Positions 38,319 to 50,719 of a stretch of DNA of 64,000 nt are shown piece after piece. The notes under the pieces are model-generated. The model ran no database searches and was not told the origin of the DNA. It saw only the letters and a program-made list of their open reading frames with translations. The stretch is from Dehalococcoidia bacterium (GTDB taxonomy: Bacteria > Chloroflexota > Dehalococcoidia > Plut-88900), in contig CBDBLV010000005.1 of NCBI GenBank assembly GCA_965207225.1, positions 1,088,001-1,152,000 of the forward strand, read 5' to 3'. Within the stretch, counting starts at the first letter, position 1. Every line of letters starts with the position of its first letter. Position numbers and translations under genes: made by a program.

Positions 38319-39713
38319 TTACCTGGGTGACCAGAAGGCGAGGTTGCCGGGGGCAATGACAAGCGGGGGAGCATTTCCGTCGACGGAGATGACCTGGATG
38401 GTGCTTCCTCCCGAGCCGTTGGAATCCGGGGCCCGGCCCGAGTAGACGAGGGCCTGGCTGTCGGGGGACCAGAGCTGGTTGGAGTAGGCGTACTGGTCGA
38501 AGAAGGCGAACATGACGAAGAGCTGCTCGTGGGAGGGTATGAAGTCGGTGAGCTTCCTTTCGCTGCGGCCAGTGCGGTCGTTAACGTACCAGGAGATCTT
38601 GGAGGTTGAACGGTCGACGACGACGTAGGCGATCTTCGAGCCGTCGGGAGACCAGAAGAATGCCAATACTTCGCGGGTCGTGATCTGTCTCTTATCTCCA
38701 GTATCTGCATCAAAGATCTTGAGTCCGGCGTAGGTGGGTATGCCGAGGCTGCGCCCCGGCCCCAGTTCCGTATAGGCGATTTCGCTGGCGGTGGGAGACC
38801 AGAGGAAAACCGAGAGCGCGTCGACCCTGTCCACCTCCGTCACCGATGTTCCCTGTACGCCGGATACCACAAGCTTTTCGCCACCCTGCAGATCGTTCAC
38901 GTAGGCGATACGGGTGCTGTCGGGGCTCCAGGCGGGGGTCCTGTAGGAGAAGGAGTCGGCGTTGAGGGAGGCCCTGGCAAAGTTGTTGCGGGTGTCGACG
39001 AGGTCGAGGTCCTGCACGAGGTGGTGGAGAAGGAACCGGCCATCGGGGGACCAGGCCATGTAGGAAGGGGCGCCGAAGGAAACGATATCGGGGTGGTGGG
39101 GATCTGCAGTCTCGATCATGTAGAGGACAAGAGACTCGGGGGTGGGGGCCAGGAAGGCAATCCTGTCGCTCTGAGGAGACCAGTAGACGTAGTGGGGGCT
39201 GCGCTGGGCCACGAAGCGGCCTATGGTGTCCTCGGGGTCTTCGAAGACCTTGTCGGGGAGGCCGCCGGGGATGTCGACCAGCCAGAGGGCACCGGGGAAG
39301 TCGCCGTTGGCCGAGTAGGAGGTAAAGGCGAGCTTCGAGGCATCGGGGGACCAGGTGGGCCAGTTGTAGATGGTGTGGTTGTCAAAGAAACCACCTCCGA
39401 CCAATGACGCCGTTTCCCCGGCCATGGGAATCGAAACTATCTGCTGGTCGGAGCCATCGGGGCGGATGGTGTAGATGTTGTCGTCCTGTCCGACAAAGGC
39501 GATGAGGTCCACTGCTTCCTCCGGTTGCTTGGTGGGGGTGGGCACGGGCGTTGGCTCCGGGGTTGCCGTGGGGGTTGGGGAGGGGGGAGGCGGGGGTGTG
39601 GGGGTGTCCTCCGGGGTCTCGCCAGCGCCTCCGCAGGCCAGAATTACGAGAGCCAAGGCCATGATGAGAACAATCAACACGGGCCCCAACCCCAAGCGAC
39701 GGCATCGGGTCAC
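38319..39713 (-). CDS. TolB-like beta-propeller lipoprotein
   Basis: Lipobox ILAC, PT-rich linker, repeated WSPD (PD40) motifs; GTG overlaps the pyrK stop. Confidence 0.8.
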   Translation of the reverse strand: MTRCRRLGLGPVLIVLIMALALVILACGGAGETPEDTPTPPPPPSPTPTATPEPTPVPTPTKQPEEAVDLIAFVGQDDNIYTIRPDGSDQQIVSIPMAGETASLVGGGFFDNHTIYNWPTWSPDASKLAFTSYSANGDFPGALWLVDIPGGLPDKVFEDPEDTIGRFVAQRSPHYVYWSPQSDRIAFLAPTPESLVLYMIETADPHHPDIVSFGAPSYMAWSPDGRFLLHHLVQDLDLVDTRNNFARASLNADSFSYRTPAWSPDSTRIAYVNDLQGGEKLVVSGVQGTSVTEVDRVDALSVFLWSPTASEIAYTELGPGRSLGIPTYAGLKIFDADTGDKRQITTREVLAFFWSPDGSKIAYVVVDRSTSKISWYVNDRTGRSERKLTDFIPSHEQLFVMFAFFDQYAYSNQLWSPDSQALVYSGRAPDSNGSGGSTIQVISVDGNAPPLVIAPGNLAFWSPR

Positions 39714-40528
39714 AGCTCGGTCCAATTCACTTCGTTGAGGTCGAACATCGGGCCCTGGGTGCATACCATCTTGCGTCCGGAGTGAGTAGCGACTGCGCAG
39801 CCGTAGCAGATGCCGAAGCCGCAGGCCATGCGCACCTCCAGGAGGACCTGGGTGGGGGTGGAGATGTCATGGGCGCGCCAAGTCTCCCATATCGCGCGGT
39901 ACATGGGGACGGGGCCGCAGAAGAAGGCCTGATCGGCGCCTTGCATTGCGGCGGGAAGGGCCTCGGTTATGAGGCCGGTCTCGCCGGCGGAGCCGTCCTC
40001 GGTGACTTCGATGATGGTGACGCCATCGGGGATCCAGTCGCTGGGGTAGAGGAGGGAGGCGTTGCGGGCGGCGGAGACGATGGTTACTTCCCTACCTGCT
40101 GCCATGGCCTGGTCAGCGAGGGCGATCAGGGGTGCAAGCCCCGTGCCTCCGCCGCCCATTACCAATCGCCGCGCGGAAGGTTCGATGCGGTAGCCATGGC
40201 CCAGAGGGCCGAGCATTTTAAGCTCGTCGCCCGGGGCACGGCTGGAGAGCCAGTTCCGGGCGGGGCTGCCGGCGTTGAAGAGCAGGGCCACGGAATCGGG
40301 GGTGATCCAGTCGGAGGCAAAGGTGGGGTCGGCGGCGAGGAGGTCTGGGCCGTAGCGGTGGATGCTAATGGCCCTGCGGAGATGGGGGTCGGTGGTGTCT
40401 CCGCACTCGGCCATGACGAACTCACCGGGGGTGCGGCTTTCGGCGACGGGAGGGGAGTCCACCCAGAGGCAGTGGACGCCCGGGGCGAGGGTGTGGTTGG
40501 CGAGGACTTTGGCGAAGGTGTCTTGCAT
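39710..40528 (-). CDS. pyrK: Dihydroorotate dehydrogenase electron transfer subunit
   Basis: PGEFVM, LRRAISI, GPLGHG, GGGTGLAP, MACGFGICYGC..C..GP.F. Confidence 0.9.
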   Translation of the reverse strand: MQDTFAKVLANHTLAPGVHCLWVDSPPVAESRTPGEFVMAECGDTTDPHLRRAISIHRYGPDLLAADPTFASDWITPDSVALLFNAGSPARNWLSSRAPGDELKMLGPLGHGYRIEPSARRLVMGGGGTGLAPLIALADQAMAAGREVTIVSAARNASLLYPSDWIPDGVTIIEVTEDGSAGETGLITEALPAAMQGADQAFFCGPVPMYRAIWETWRAHDISTPTQVLLEVRMACGFGICYGCAVATHSGRKMVCTQGPMFDLNEVNWTEL

Positions 40529-40670
40529 TATGTTGCCCTAGCGTAACCTGTTGCTACGGGGAGCCTCTCCCAGAATCCGCTCGACCCTTCGAGTGGCCTC
40601 AGGATGAGCGGATTCTGCCCCACCCCACGAACGGCAGGGACATTTGGTATTGGGTTGTGCAAAAGGTTCG

Positions 40671-43964
<3,294 letters not shown>

Positions 43965-43965
43965 T

Positions 43966-44682
43966 CTAACGGCGCTCCATAGCGTGCTCCGCCAGGAGCA
44001 TCAACGGTAGTTCGGACAGGGAAGTGATCACGGCAAAAGGCAGGGATTGGGGGTTGGTGGAGTTGCGGTCCAGCCAGGCGGGAACGGCGCCGGCGTCAAA
44101 TGCGCCCCAGGCGTCGTTTTCAAGGGAATCGCCGACGTGGAGAAGCCGGTGGGGCTCGCAGCCGGCCTCACGCATGGTGATTTGGAATATGCGGGGGTCG
44201 GGCTTGTCCATCGCGTCGTAGTCCTGGGAGAAGACCTCGAAGGAGACCAGGTCCTCGATGCCCAGGACCCTGGCCCGGCTGTTCCCGTTGGAGAGAAGAC
44301 CGAGTTTGTAGTGAGGGGCGAGCTGTTCGAGGGCAGGACGGACGTCGGGAAAGAGGGTGCGGGCCTCGTTGCGGCGCTGGAAGTAGAACCGGGTCAGGTG
44401 GGAGCCGAGGGCGTCGTTGGGCCTGCCAACCTCGCGGAGGGCACGGCGCATGGACTCCTCGCGGATGGCGTCGAGGTCGTTGACCGTGCCCCACAAGTCG
44501 GCGTGGGTCCGGTCGCGGATGTGGATCATCATGTCAACGGTGAGGCTGGCAGCGGCGCGGGGATCATGGTTAGGGAGTTCGGCGAGGGTTTGATGGAGGG
44601 CCTGTCGGGTGAAGGTCTCGAAGTCCCAGAGGGTGCCGTCGACATCGAAGGAGATGGCGGTGATGTGGGAGAGGTTGGTCAC
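43966..44682 (-). CDS. HAD-family hydrolase
   Basis: [28 protein letters not shown]. Confidence 0.9.
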   Translation of the reverse strand: MTNLSHITAISFDVDGTLWDFETFTRQALHQTLAELPNHDPRAAASLTVDMMIHIRDRTHADLWGTVNDLDAIREESMRRALREVGRPNDALGSHLTRFYFQRRNEARTLFPDVRPALEQLAPHYKLGLLSNGNSRARVLGIEDLVSFEVFSQDYDAMDKPDPRIFQITMREAGCEPHRLLHVGDSLENDAWGAFDAGAVPAWLDRNSTNPQSLPFAVITSLSELPLMLLAEHAMERR

Positions 44683-44726
44683 GGTTGGTTGAAGTCCCTT
44701 GTTTTGTACATTACAGGTCCGGAGGT

Positions 44727-45119
44727 TCAGGTCAATGACGGTTCGTATAGCTCAAGTTCAGGTATTCGGATGAAGCCCTTGTCCAGGGTGTAGAGGGGAA
44801 CGTTGTGTCTGATGGCGGTGGCGGCGATGATAACGTCGGCATCGGTAAGGGAAAGACCTGTGCGCAGCAGTCGGTTGCTAAGTCGGCCAGCTGTCACCCA
44901 GACCATCTGGTCAGTTTCCAAATAATCGAGAGAAATGATCCGTTCGGTAAGGGTGTCCAACTCCTCAGGGCTCAGGGCCCCCTGTATATATTCCATGACA
45001 ATCGGGCCGGTCACTACGGCTTCGCCGGAGGCGAGGAGCGAGCCCAGGTGCACGGAGGCTTCGGAGTCGGGCATCCTTTGGGCCTGAATAAGTACGGAGG
45101 AGTCCAGCAGTACGGTCAA
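44727..45119 (-). CDS. vapC: VapC PIN toxin
   Basis: LLDSSVLI, DVIIAATA, LYTLDKGF. Confidence 0.9.
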   Translation of the reverse strand: MTVLLDSSVLIQAQRMPDSEASVHLGSLLASGEAVVTGPIVMEYIQGALSPEELDTLTERIISLDYLETDQMVWVTAGRLSNRLLRTGLSLTDADVIIAATAIRHNVPLYTLDKGFIRIPELELYEPSLT

Positions 45120-45379
45120 GGTGAACCGTACCTTAACGAATCGAGAAACGCTCGGCGTCTCTCGTCAGCTGCTAACTGCTTTTTCTTGTTCTCCAAGTAT
45201 TCCTGGTAGTCTTCGTCGCTCATTGGGTTATTACGCCAGTATTCGAACATCTCCTGGACGCGCTTGCGACGGATGAAATCCTTGAGAGCGGTATTGACGG
45301 CCTTGCTCTTGTTCTTCTCCCCTGTGACTTCAACCACTGATTCAAGGAGTTTGCTTTCTATGTTCAATGTGGTTCTCAT
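45116..45379 (-). CDS. vapB: VapB-type RHH antitoxin
   Basis: MRTTLNI...L......G.KNKSKAVN.AL..FIRR. Confidence 0.85.
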   Translation of the reverse strand: MRTTLNIESKLLESVVEVTGEKNKSKAVNTALKDFIRRKRVQEMFEYWRNNPMSDEDYQEYLENKKKQLAADERRRAFLDSLRYGSP

Positions 45380-45450
45380 GAATCAATGCACCTCTAATAC
45401 GCGTCTTTGGCAAGCATCATTTTAACACATCAACTATTAGTGCATCTTTT

Positions 45451-46545
45451 TTATTTATGGTCATTGACCATGCTGAGGAAGCGTTTGAAGAGGTAGACGT
45501 TGTCGAGGGGGCCGGGTGAGGCCTCGGAGTGGTACTGGATGGATACAATTGGGTATTCGCGGTGGGCCAGGCCTTCGACGGTATCGTCGTTGAGGTTGAT
45601 GTGGCTGACCTCTACGGATGAAGAAGGGAAGTCGGCGGCGAGGGCGTAGCCGTGATTCTGGGCGGTGATGTGTACGCGACCCGTGACGAGGTCCTGCACG
45701 GGGTGGTTTGCTCCCCGATGCCCGAACTTCAGCTTAAAGGTGTTGCCGCCGAAGGCCTTGCCGATCATCTGGTGTCCCAGGCATATTCCCATCATGGGTT
45801 TGACCCCGACCAGGGCGCGAACGGTGTCTGAGATCTTGCCGAGCAGGGCAGGGTCGCCGGGGCCGGGGGATAGGAGGAGGCCGTCGGGGTCCATCTGGAG
45901 GATGTCCTCGGCGTCGGTGGCGGCGGGGATGACCGTGACCCGGCATCCGAGGCTGTTGAGGATACGGAGGATGTTGTACTTCAGGCCGTAGTCCAGGGCT
46001 ACGATATCGTGGGATGGAGAGTCGGGGCCATTGGTCGGCTGCCAGGTGTAGGGGGACGGGGTGGAGACCTCTGAGACGTAGTCCACGGAGTCGTAGCTGG
46101 GAAGGTTTCTGAGTCGGGCGAGGGCGGTCTGGGGGTCGTCGCTGGTTATCATCCCCATCATGACGCCCCTGGAGCGGAGGCGGCGGGTGACGGCGCGGGT
46201 GTCTACGCCGGCGATGCCGGAGATGCCCTGCGAAGCGAGGAACTCGGCAACGGTGGCCTCGCTGTTCCAGTGGCTCGGGAGGTCACAGTCCTCGCGGACC
46301 ACAAGGCCGCTGACCTGGATTCTCTTCGATTCCACGGTCTCGGGGTTGATGCCGTAGTTGCCGATGAGGGGGTAGGTGAGCATGACTATCTGACCAGCGT
46401 AGGAGGGGTCGGTGAGGATCTCCTGGTATCCGGTCATGCTGGTGTTGAACACCACCTCGCCGTGGCCTTCTGTTAGCGCACCGATGGCGGCGCCCTGGAA
46501 GGAGCTGCCGTCTTCCAACACCAACCAGGCTGTTCCGTTGGGCAT
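45451..46545 (-). CDS. carA: Carbamoyl-phosphate synthase small subunit
   Basis: GEVVFNTSMTGYQEILTDPSY, GICLGHQ, QYHSEASPGP. Confidence 0.97.
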   Translation of the reverse strand: MPNGTAWLVLEDGSSFQGAAIGALTEGHGEVVFNTSMTGYQEILTDPSYAGQIVMLTYPLIGNYGINPETVESKRIQVSGLVVREDCDLPSHWNSEATVAEFLASQGISGIAGVDTRAVTRRLRSRGVMMGMITSDDPQTALARLRNLPSYDSVDYVSEVSTPSPYTWQPTNGPDSPSHDIVALDYGLKYNILRILNSLGCRVTVIPAATDAEDILQMDPDGLLLSPGPGDPALLGKISDTVRALVGVKPMMGICLGHQMIGKAFGGNTFKLKFGHRGANHPVQDLVTGRVHITAQNHGYALAADFPSSSVEVSHINLNDDTVEGLAHREYPIVSIQYHSEASPGPLDNVYLFKRFLSMVNDHK

Positions 46546-46573
46546 GTGGGGCGAAATGTTTGTTGTCAATTTG

Positions 46574-47980
46574 CTATTCGTTCTCCGTTTCGGCGCCCGG
46601 AACCCGGTATCCCGGACGGTACCCGAGGCTCTCCGCCTGTTCGAAAGATTCAAAGTAAACGAGGTTTCCCGTGTGGAGGCGTCGGGAGGGATGGAAGCCT
46701 GCCTTGTGGAAGACCCTGGTCCTGCGGCTGCCTGCGGCCTCGGCGGTGGTGTCCCGCTGGCAGTAGCGGCAGCGGAGGACGGCGGGCCTTTCATCTACGA
46801 GGGCGAATTCGGGGGTGATGTAGGTGCTCTCCTTGTTGGAGACGCAGGTGGGGTTGGGGCACCTGATCCCTTCCTCAGACTTATAGGGGGGATAGTCCAG
46901 GGAGTAGGCGAAGCTGCCGGGATGGGTGGAGGCCTCGGGGTTTGATACGCCCAGGAAGGATGCGAGGAGCGCCATCCTAACCGGCACGCCATAGGCGGCC
47001 TGCTTGAAGTAGATGCTCCGTTCATCCTTATCGAGGGCGTAGTCGATTTCGTCCACGCGGGGGAGGGGGTGCATGATGAGGGCATCCCTGAAGCTGGGAC
47101 GACGCATGAACTCCCTGTCGACGCGGAGGGCGTCGTCGGGGGAGGGGTCCTGGGCGTCGACCTGGCGCTCCTTCTGCGTGCGGCTGGCATACACGACGTC
47201 GAGGTTGGGCTTGACAGCCTGGGTCGTGGCACTGAACTGGGCGGCGAGGTCCATCTTGGCGTTGGGGTCGGGGAGGGGAAGCTGGGACTGGGTCAGGTAT
47301 ATGGCGTCCATTTCCCTGAAGGAAGCGGAGGCACCGCCTTTCCCCTCGGTGACGATGCCCATGTACTCGCGGTTCAGGCGGTCCTTCACATAGTCGGGGA
47401 GCTCAAGACCCTTGCTGGGCATGAACATGATGTTGGCGCCAAACCCGGCCAGGGCGTAGGTGAGGGAATGTACGGTGCGGGCATTCCTCAGGTCGCCGCA
47501 AAGGACGACGGTGAGGTCTCGGATCTCTCCCTTTTCCCGTTTGAGGGTGTAGAGGTCGCAGAGGGACTGAGTGGGGTGCTCGTGGCTGCCATCACCGGCG
47601 TTGATAACGGGGACCGAGGCGTAGTCGGCGACGACGCGTGCTGCACCTTCCCAAGGATGCCGGACGACGATGATGTCGACATAGCTACTGATGACGCGTG
47701 CGGTGTCGGCGAGGGTCTCGCCCTTGGCGATGGAGGTGGTGCTGACGTCTACGGCCGTCACGACGCTGCCTCCGAGCCGGAGCATGGCGGTCTCGAAGGA
47801 GAGGCGGGTGCGGGTGCTGGGTTCGTAGAAAAGGCTGGCCATGACCATGCCCTTGCAGAGGTTGGAGTGGCCACGGATATCGGTGTGCATCCGGTCGGCG
47901 AGGGAGAAGATAGCCTCTATCTCGTCGTTGGAGACGTCGTCGACGGTGACGAGGTTGCGGCCCTTGAGGTCTATCGCCAT
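46574..47980 (-). CDS. pyrB: Aspartate carbamoyltransferase fused to PyrI-like Zn domain and Ada-like tail
   Basis: FYEPSTRT, KGETLADT, HPTQ, MHPLPR, then CPNPTC...RCRYC. Confidence 0.92.
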   Translation of the reverse strand: MAIDLKGRNLVTVDDVSNDEIEAIFSLADRMHTDIRGHSNLCKGMVMASLFYEPSTRTRLSFETAMLRLGGSVVTAVDVSTTSIAKGETLADTARVISSYVDIIVVRHPWEGAARVVADYASVPVINAGDGSHEHPTQSLCDLYTLKREKGEIRDLTVVLCGDLRNARTVHSLTYALAGFGANIMFMPSKGLELPDYVKDRLNREYMGIVTEGKGGASASFREMDAIYLTQSQLPLPDPNAKMDLAAQFSATTQAVKPNLDVVYASRTQKERQVDAQDPSPDDALRVDREFMRRPSFRDALIMHPLPRVDEIDYALDKDERSIYFKQAAYGVPVRMALLASFLGVSNPEASTHPGSFAYSLDYPPYKSEEGIRCPNPTCVSNKESTYITPEFALVDERPAVLRCRYCQRDTTAEAAGSRRTRVFHKAGFHPSRRLHTGNLVYFESFEQAESLGYRPGYRVPGAETENE

Positions 47981-48555
47981 TTCGCACCTCCCGCTACACG
48001 TTCGGCATCCGTTGAAGGTACACCGCTCCCGAGCAGCACCACCTCGTCCCTCCCATCCATCTCCTCCAAACGGACTTTGACGGTCTGGTCGAGGGACGTC
48101 GGGATGTTCTTTCCTACGAAGTCGGCGCGGATGGGGAGCTCCCGGTGGCCCCTATCGATGAGGACGAGGAGCTGCACGGAGCGGGGGCGGCCGAGCTTGA
48201 CTATGGCATCGAGGGCGGCGCGAACGGTCCGGCCGGTGAACAGGACGTCGTCAACGAGGACCACGTTGCGGCCTGCCACGCCGCCGCGGATGGTCAGTCC
48301 TTTGCCGTTGGAGGGTTGAGGAGGCGAGGGAAGGTCATCGCGGAAGGGCCTGGTGTCCAGGGCGGCGACGGGTATGCGGCCATTGCCGTTGCCGGAGATG
48401 TTGTTGGCGATGCGCCGGGCCAGGGGTTCGCCGCGGCTGAGAATGCCGATAAGCAACAGGTCCGAAGTATCGGCGTGAGCTTCGACAAGCTCGTGGGAGA
48501 CCCTTTTGAGGGCCTTGCGGATGTCTTTGGCGGACAGGAGGACGGTGTCGGCCAA
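47971..48555 (-). CDS. pyrR: Pyrimidine operon attenuation protein / UPRTase
   Basis: GILSRG, LVDDVLFTGRTVRAA, DRGHRELPIRADFVG. Confidence 0.95.
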   Translation of the reverse strand: MADTVLLSAKDIRKALKRVSHELVEAHADTSDLLLIGILSRGEPLARRIANNISGNGNGRIPVAALDTRPFRDDLPSPPQPSNGKGLTIRGGVAGRNVVLVDDVLFTGRTVRAALDAIVKLGRPRSVQLLVLIDRGHRELPIRADFVGKNIPTSLDQTVKVRLEEMDGRDEVVLLGSGVPSTDAERVAGGAKWR

Positions 48556-48650
48556 AAAAATACCCCTGCCTGAGGGCGGCAAGGGTGTAGGCCGAAATCG
48601 GCTGCGGTAATCCTGTTTTCCTTGCCAGCCTCTCTGGACTGAATTAAAGG
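48554..48650 (-). promoter_or_regulatory. PyrR-binding attenuator (binding loop plus terminator)
   Basis: CCTTTAATTCAGTCCAGAGAGGCTGGCAAGG fits the ARUCCNGNGAGGYU consensus; downstream ACCCTTGCC..GGCAGGGGT-ATTTTTTT terminator. Confidence 0.9.
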
Positions 48651-48771
48651 TCCGTTACCGCGATTAGGTGGTTGTCGGGTGCTGGTTGCTGGGGTTTATT
48701 GTAGCGCGAACCAGGCCGGCGGGGCAAGGGAATGCGCGGTCGGGCCTTATTTGTCGGGCGGTCCTGAGGGG

Positions 48772-49857
48772 TCAGGGCGGGGGGCGGCCCCGGGCGATGC
48801 GGGGTTTGGGTGAGGGGCTGGGAAAGGGGTAGGCCCAACCGGGCGACCGGCCGGTCGCCCCTACGGCGGAGGGGAGGGTATCGGCGTGGGCGGCGTCCAG
48901 GGTACCCACAAGGGGCACCCCTACAGGGGAGAGGGATGGACCCATTTCTTCGGGGGGCGGGGCGTCATCGTCCAGGTTGTGGTTGTAGGGCGGGTAGTCG
49001 GGGTGGGAGTCTTCATCATCGGGGTCTTGGTTGTCGGAATTGGAAGAAGAATCCGGGTCATCGGGGTCATAGTCATCGTCGTCGGGGTCATCATCGAAGG
49101 TGTCAGTGTCGTCAGAAAGATCATCATCGAGCGGGTTGCCGTAGTAGCGGGCCTCGGCCTCTTTCATGGCATCCATCATGGTGGAGTCCTCTTCATCGAT
49201 GAGGCCGTCCCGGCGTCGCTCATCTATGGACACCAGCTGTCTCCAGGGCCACCACTTCTCCCCGGGCCTGGCTGTGCGGACGGGGAGGAGGTCATAGTAG
49301 GAGGTATTGCCATCATCCACCTCCTTGTGGAAGAGCTTCTTGATGAGGGAGTCGACTTCCTGTTCGTCGGTGAGCTCTCTGGGAGCTTTGGCCTGGGCGG
49401 ACTGGGCCTGTATGAGGAGTCGCATGTAGCGGGAGATGTAGGTGTGGTCCAGGGGGCGCCTGCTCAAGAGGCGGTTGATCATGGAACGAAGGAGAGCAAT
49501 CTCCTGCTCGAAGCCCCGGCCCTCGGGGGCCAGACGCGGCAACGAGCCTTCGGCTTGGCCGGCATTACCGGACCCATCGCGGTTTTGCGGGTACGGTCTT
49601 CCGCGTCGACTGCGCTCCTGACGTGCAGGGGCGGGGGTGCGGGTCTTCTTCTGCGGTAGGTTGCCGCAGGCATCCGAGGTCGTGAGGATCGCGTCGGGGG
49701 ACGCCGGGCCTCGGGGGTTCTTCCGCGGCGCAGGGCCGCGGGCATCCGGGGCCAGGTCGGGCCCCGGGGGGAGATCAACCGCCTCTTGAGCGGGCGCCCC
49801 GTTGGAGGGGTGATGGAAGATTGACAGTAATTTGTTGTGAAGTTTGGGTGTAGACAT
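48772..49857 (-). CDS. Hypothetical protein of dispersed element, copy 2
   Basis: Paralog of 10026-11354 with two repeat units instead of six. Confidence 0.65.
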   Translation of the reverse strand: MSTPKLHNKLLSIFHHPSNGAPAQEAVDLPPGPDLAPDARGPAPRKNPRGPASPDAILTTSDACGNLPQKKTRTPAPARQERSRRGRPYPQNRDGSGNAGQAEGSLPRLAPEGRGFEQEIALLRSMINRLLSRRPLDHTYISRYMRLLIQAQSAQAKAPRELTDEQEVDSLIKKLFHKEVDDGNTSYYDLLPVRTARPGEKWWPWRQLVSIDERRRDGLIDEEDSTMMDAMKEAEARYYGNPLDDDLSDDTDTFDDDPDDDDYDPDDPDSSSNSDNQDPDDEDSHPDYPPYNHNLDDDAPPPEEMGPSLSPVGVPLVGTLDAAHADTLPSAVGATGRSPGWAYPFPSPSPKPRIARGRPPP

Positions 49858-49952
49858 TCGGTCTGAACGTTAGTATAGAACGTGCAGTGCAGTTGTCAAT
49901 AGGCAGAGGGGGCAGTTTTGGGGGAGTTTCCCCCAGGGCCCCGGGGGGGGGG

Positions 49953-50094
49953 GGAACCCTCACCCCCTTGGTCCCCCTCTCCCCCTCGAGGGACTCGAGG
50001 CAGGCTCTTAGGGCCTGTAAGGGAGAGGGGGAGAAAAAACAGAGGCAGGCGCATGTGCTATGCACATGCGCCTGCCTCTAGTTTGGTACTGGGG
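49953..50094 (+). repeat. Composite double-hairpin cassette, copy d
   Basis: Inner hairpin AGAGGCAGGCGCATGTGC-TAT-GCACATGCGCCTGCCTCT. Confidence 0.9.
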
Positions 50095-50719
50095 GGAAGG
50101 AGATGGAGGGAGGTGGTCGGCTAGAGATGGGGTGGGTTGGGGGAGAGGTGCGACAGATCCCTCGCGGGGCATCGGGATGGGAAAATTGGAGCGTTGGGAC
50201 AGGATCTAGCCCTCTGCCCTCGAGAGGGCTTTGAATAACTGGTCTCTTGGCACTCGTATCACCCTCACCCCCCGACTTCTCGGGGGCAGGCTCTAGCCCT
50301 CTCCCATCGAGGGGGAGGGGACTGAAGACCCCGCCTCGCCCCGCGGGGTAGATTCCGGCTTGGGGAGCAAGATGATGGAGAATGGGAATCGAAGGGGATG
50401 GAAGGGGTGGGGGGATGTGGGGTATCTTAGGAGGCCGGATGAGACAGAATTAGGCAGGGAGGGCTTTTGGAATGGATAAGATAAGGATTATGCCGAAGGG
50501 GCATTGGTATTGGAGTATGCCGGTGCCGTTTTCGCAGGGTTGGAAGGTCGGGAAGATGGTATTCGTCGGGGGGCAGATAGCGGCGGATGAGCATGGTGTC
50601 AATACCCAGGAACATTGAGCCACAATACCCACTAACATTGAGCCAGATAACCAGGGTCTTTGAGCCACCCTGAGCGCCCCAGCTTAGACCATTGCAGCAC
50701 TTGATAAGGAGGTGCCGCG

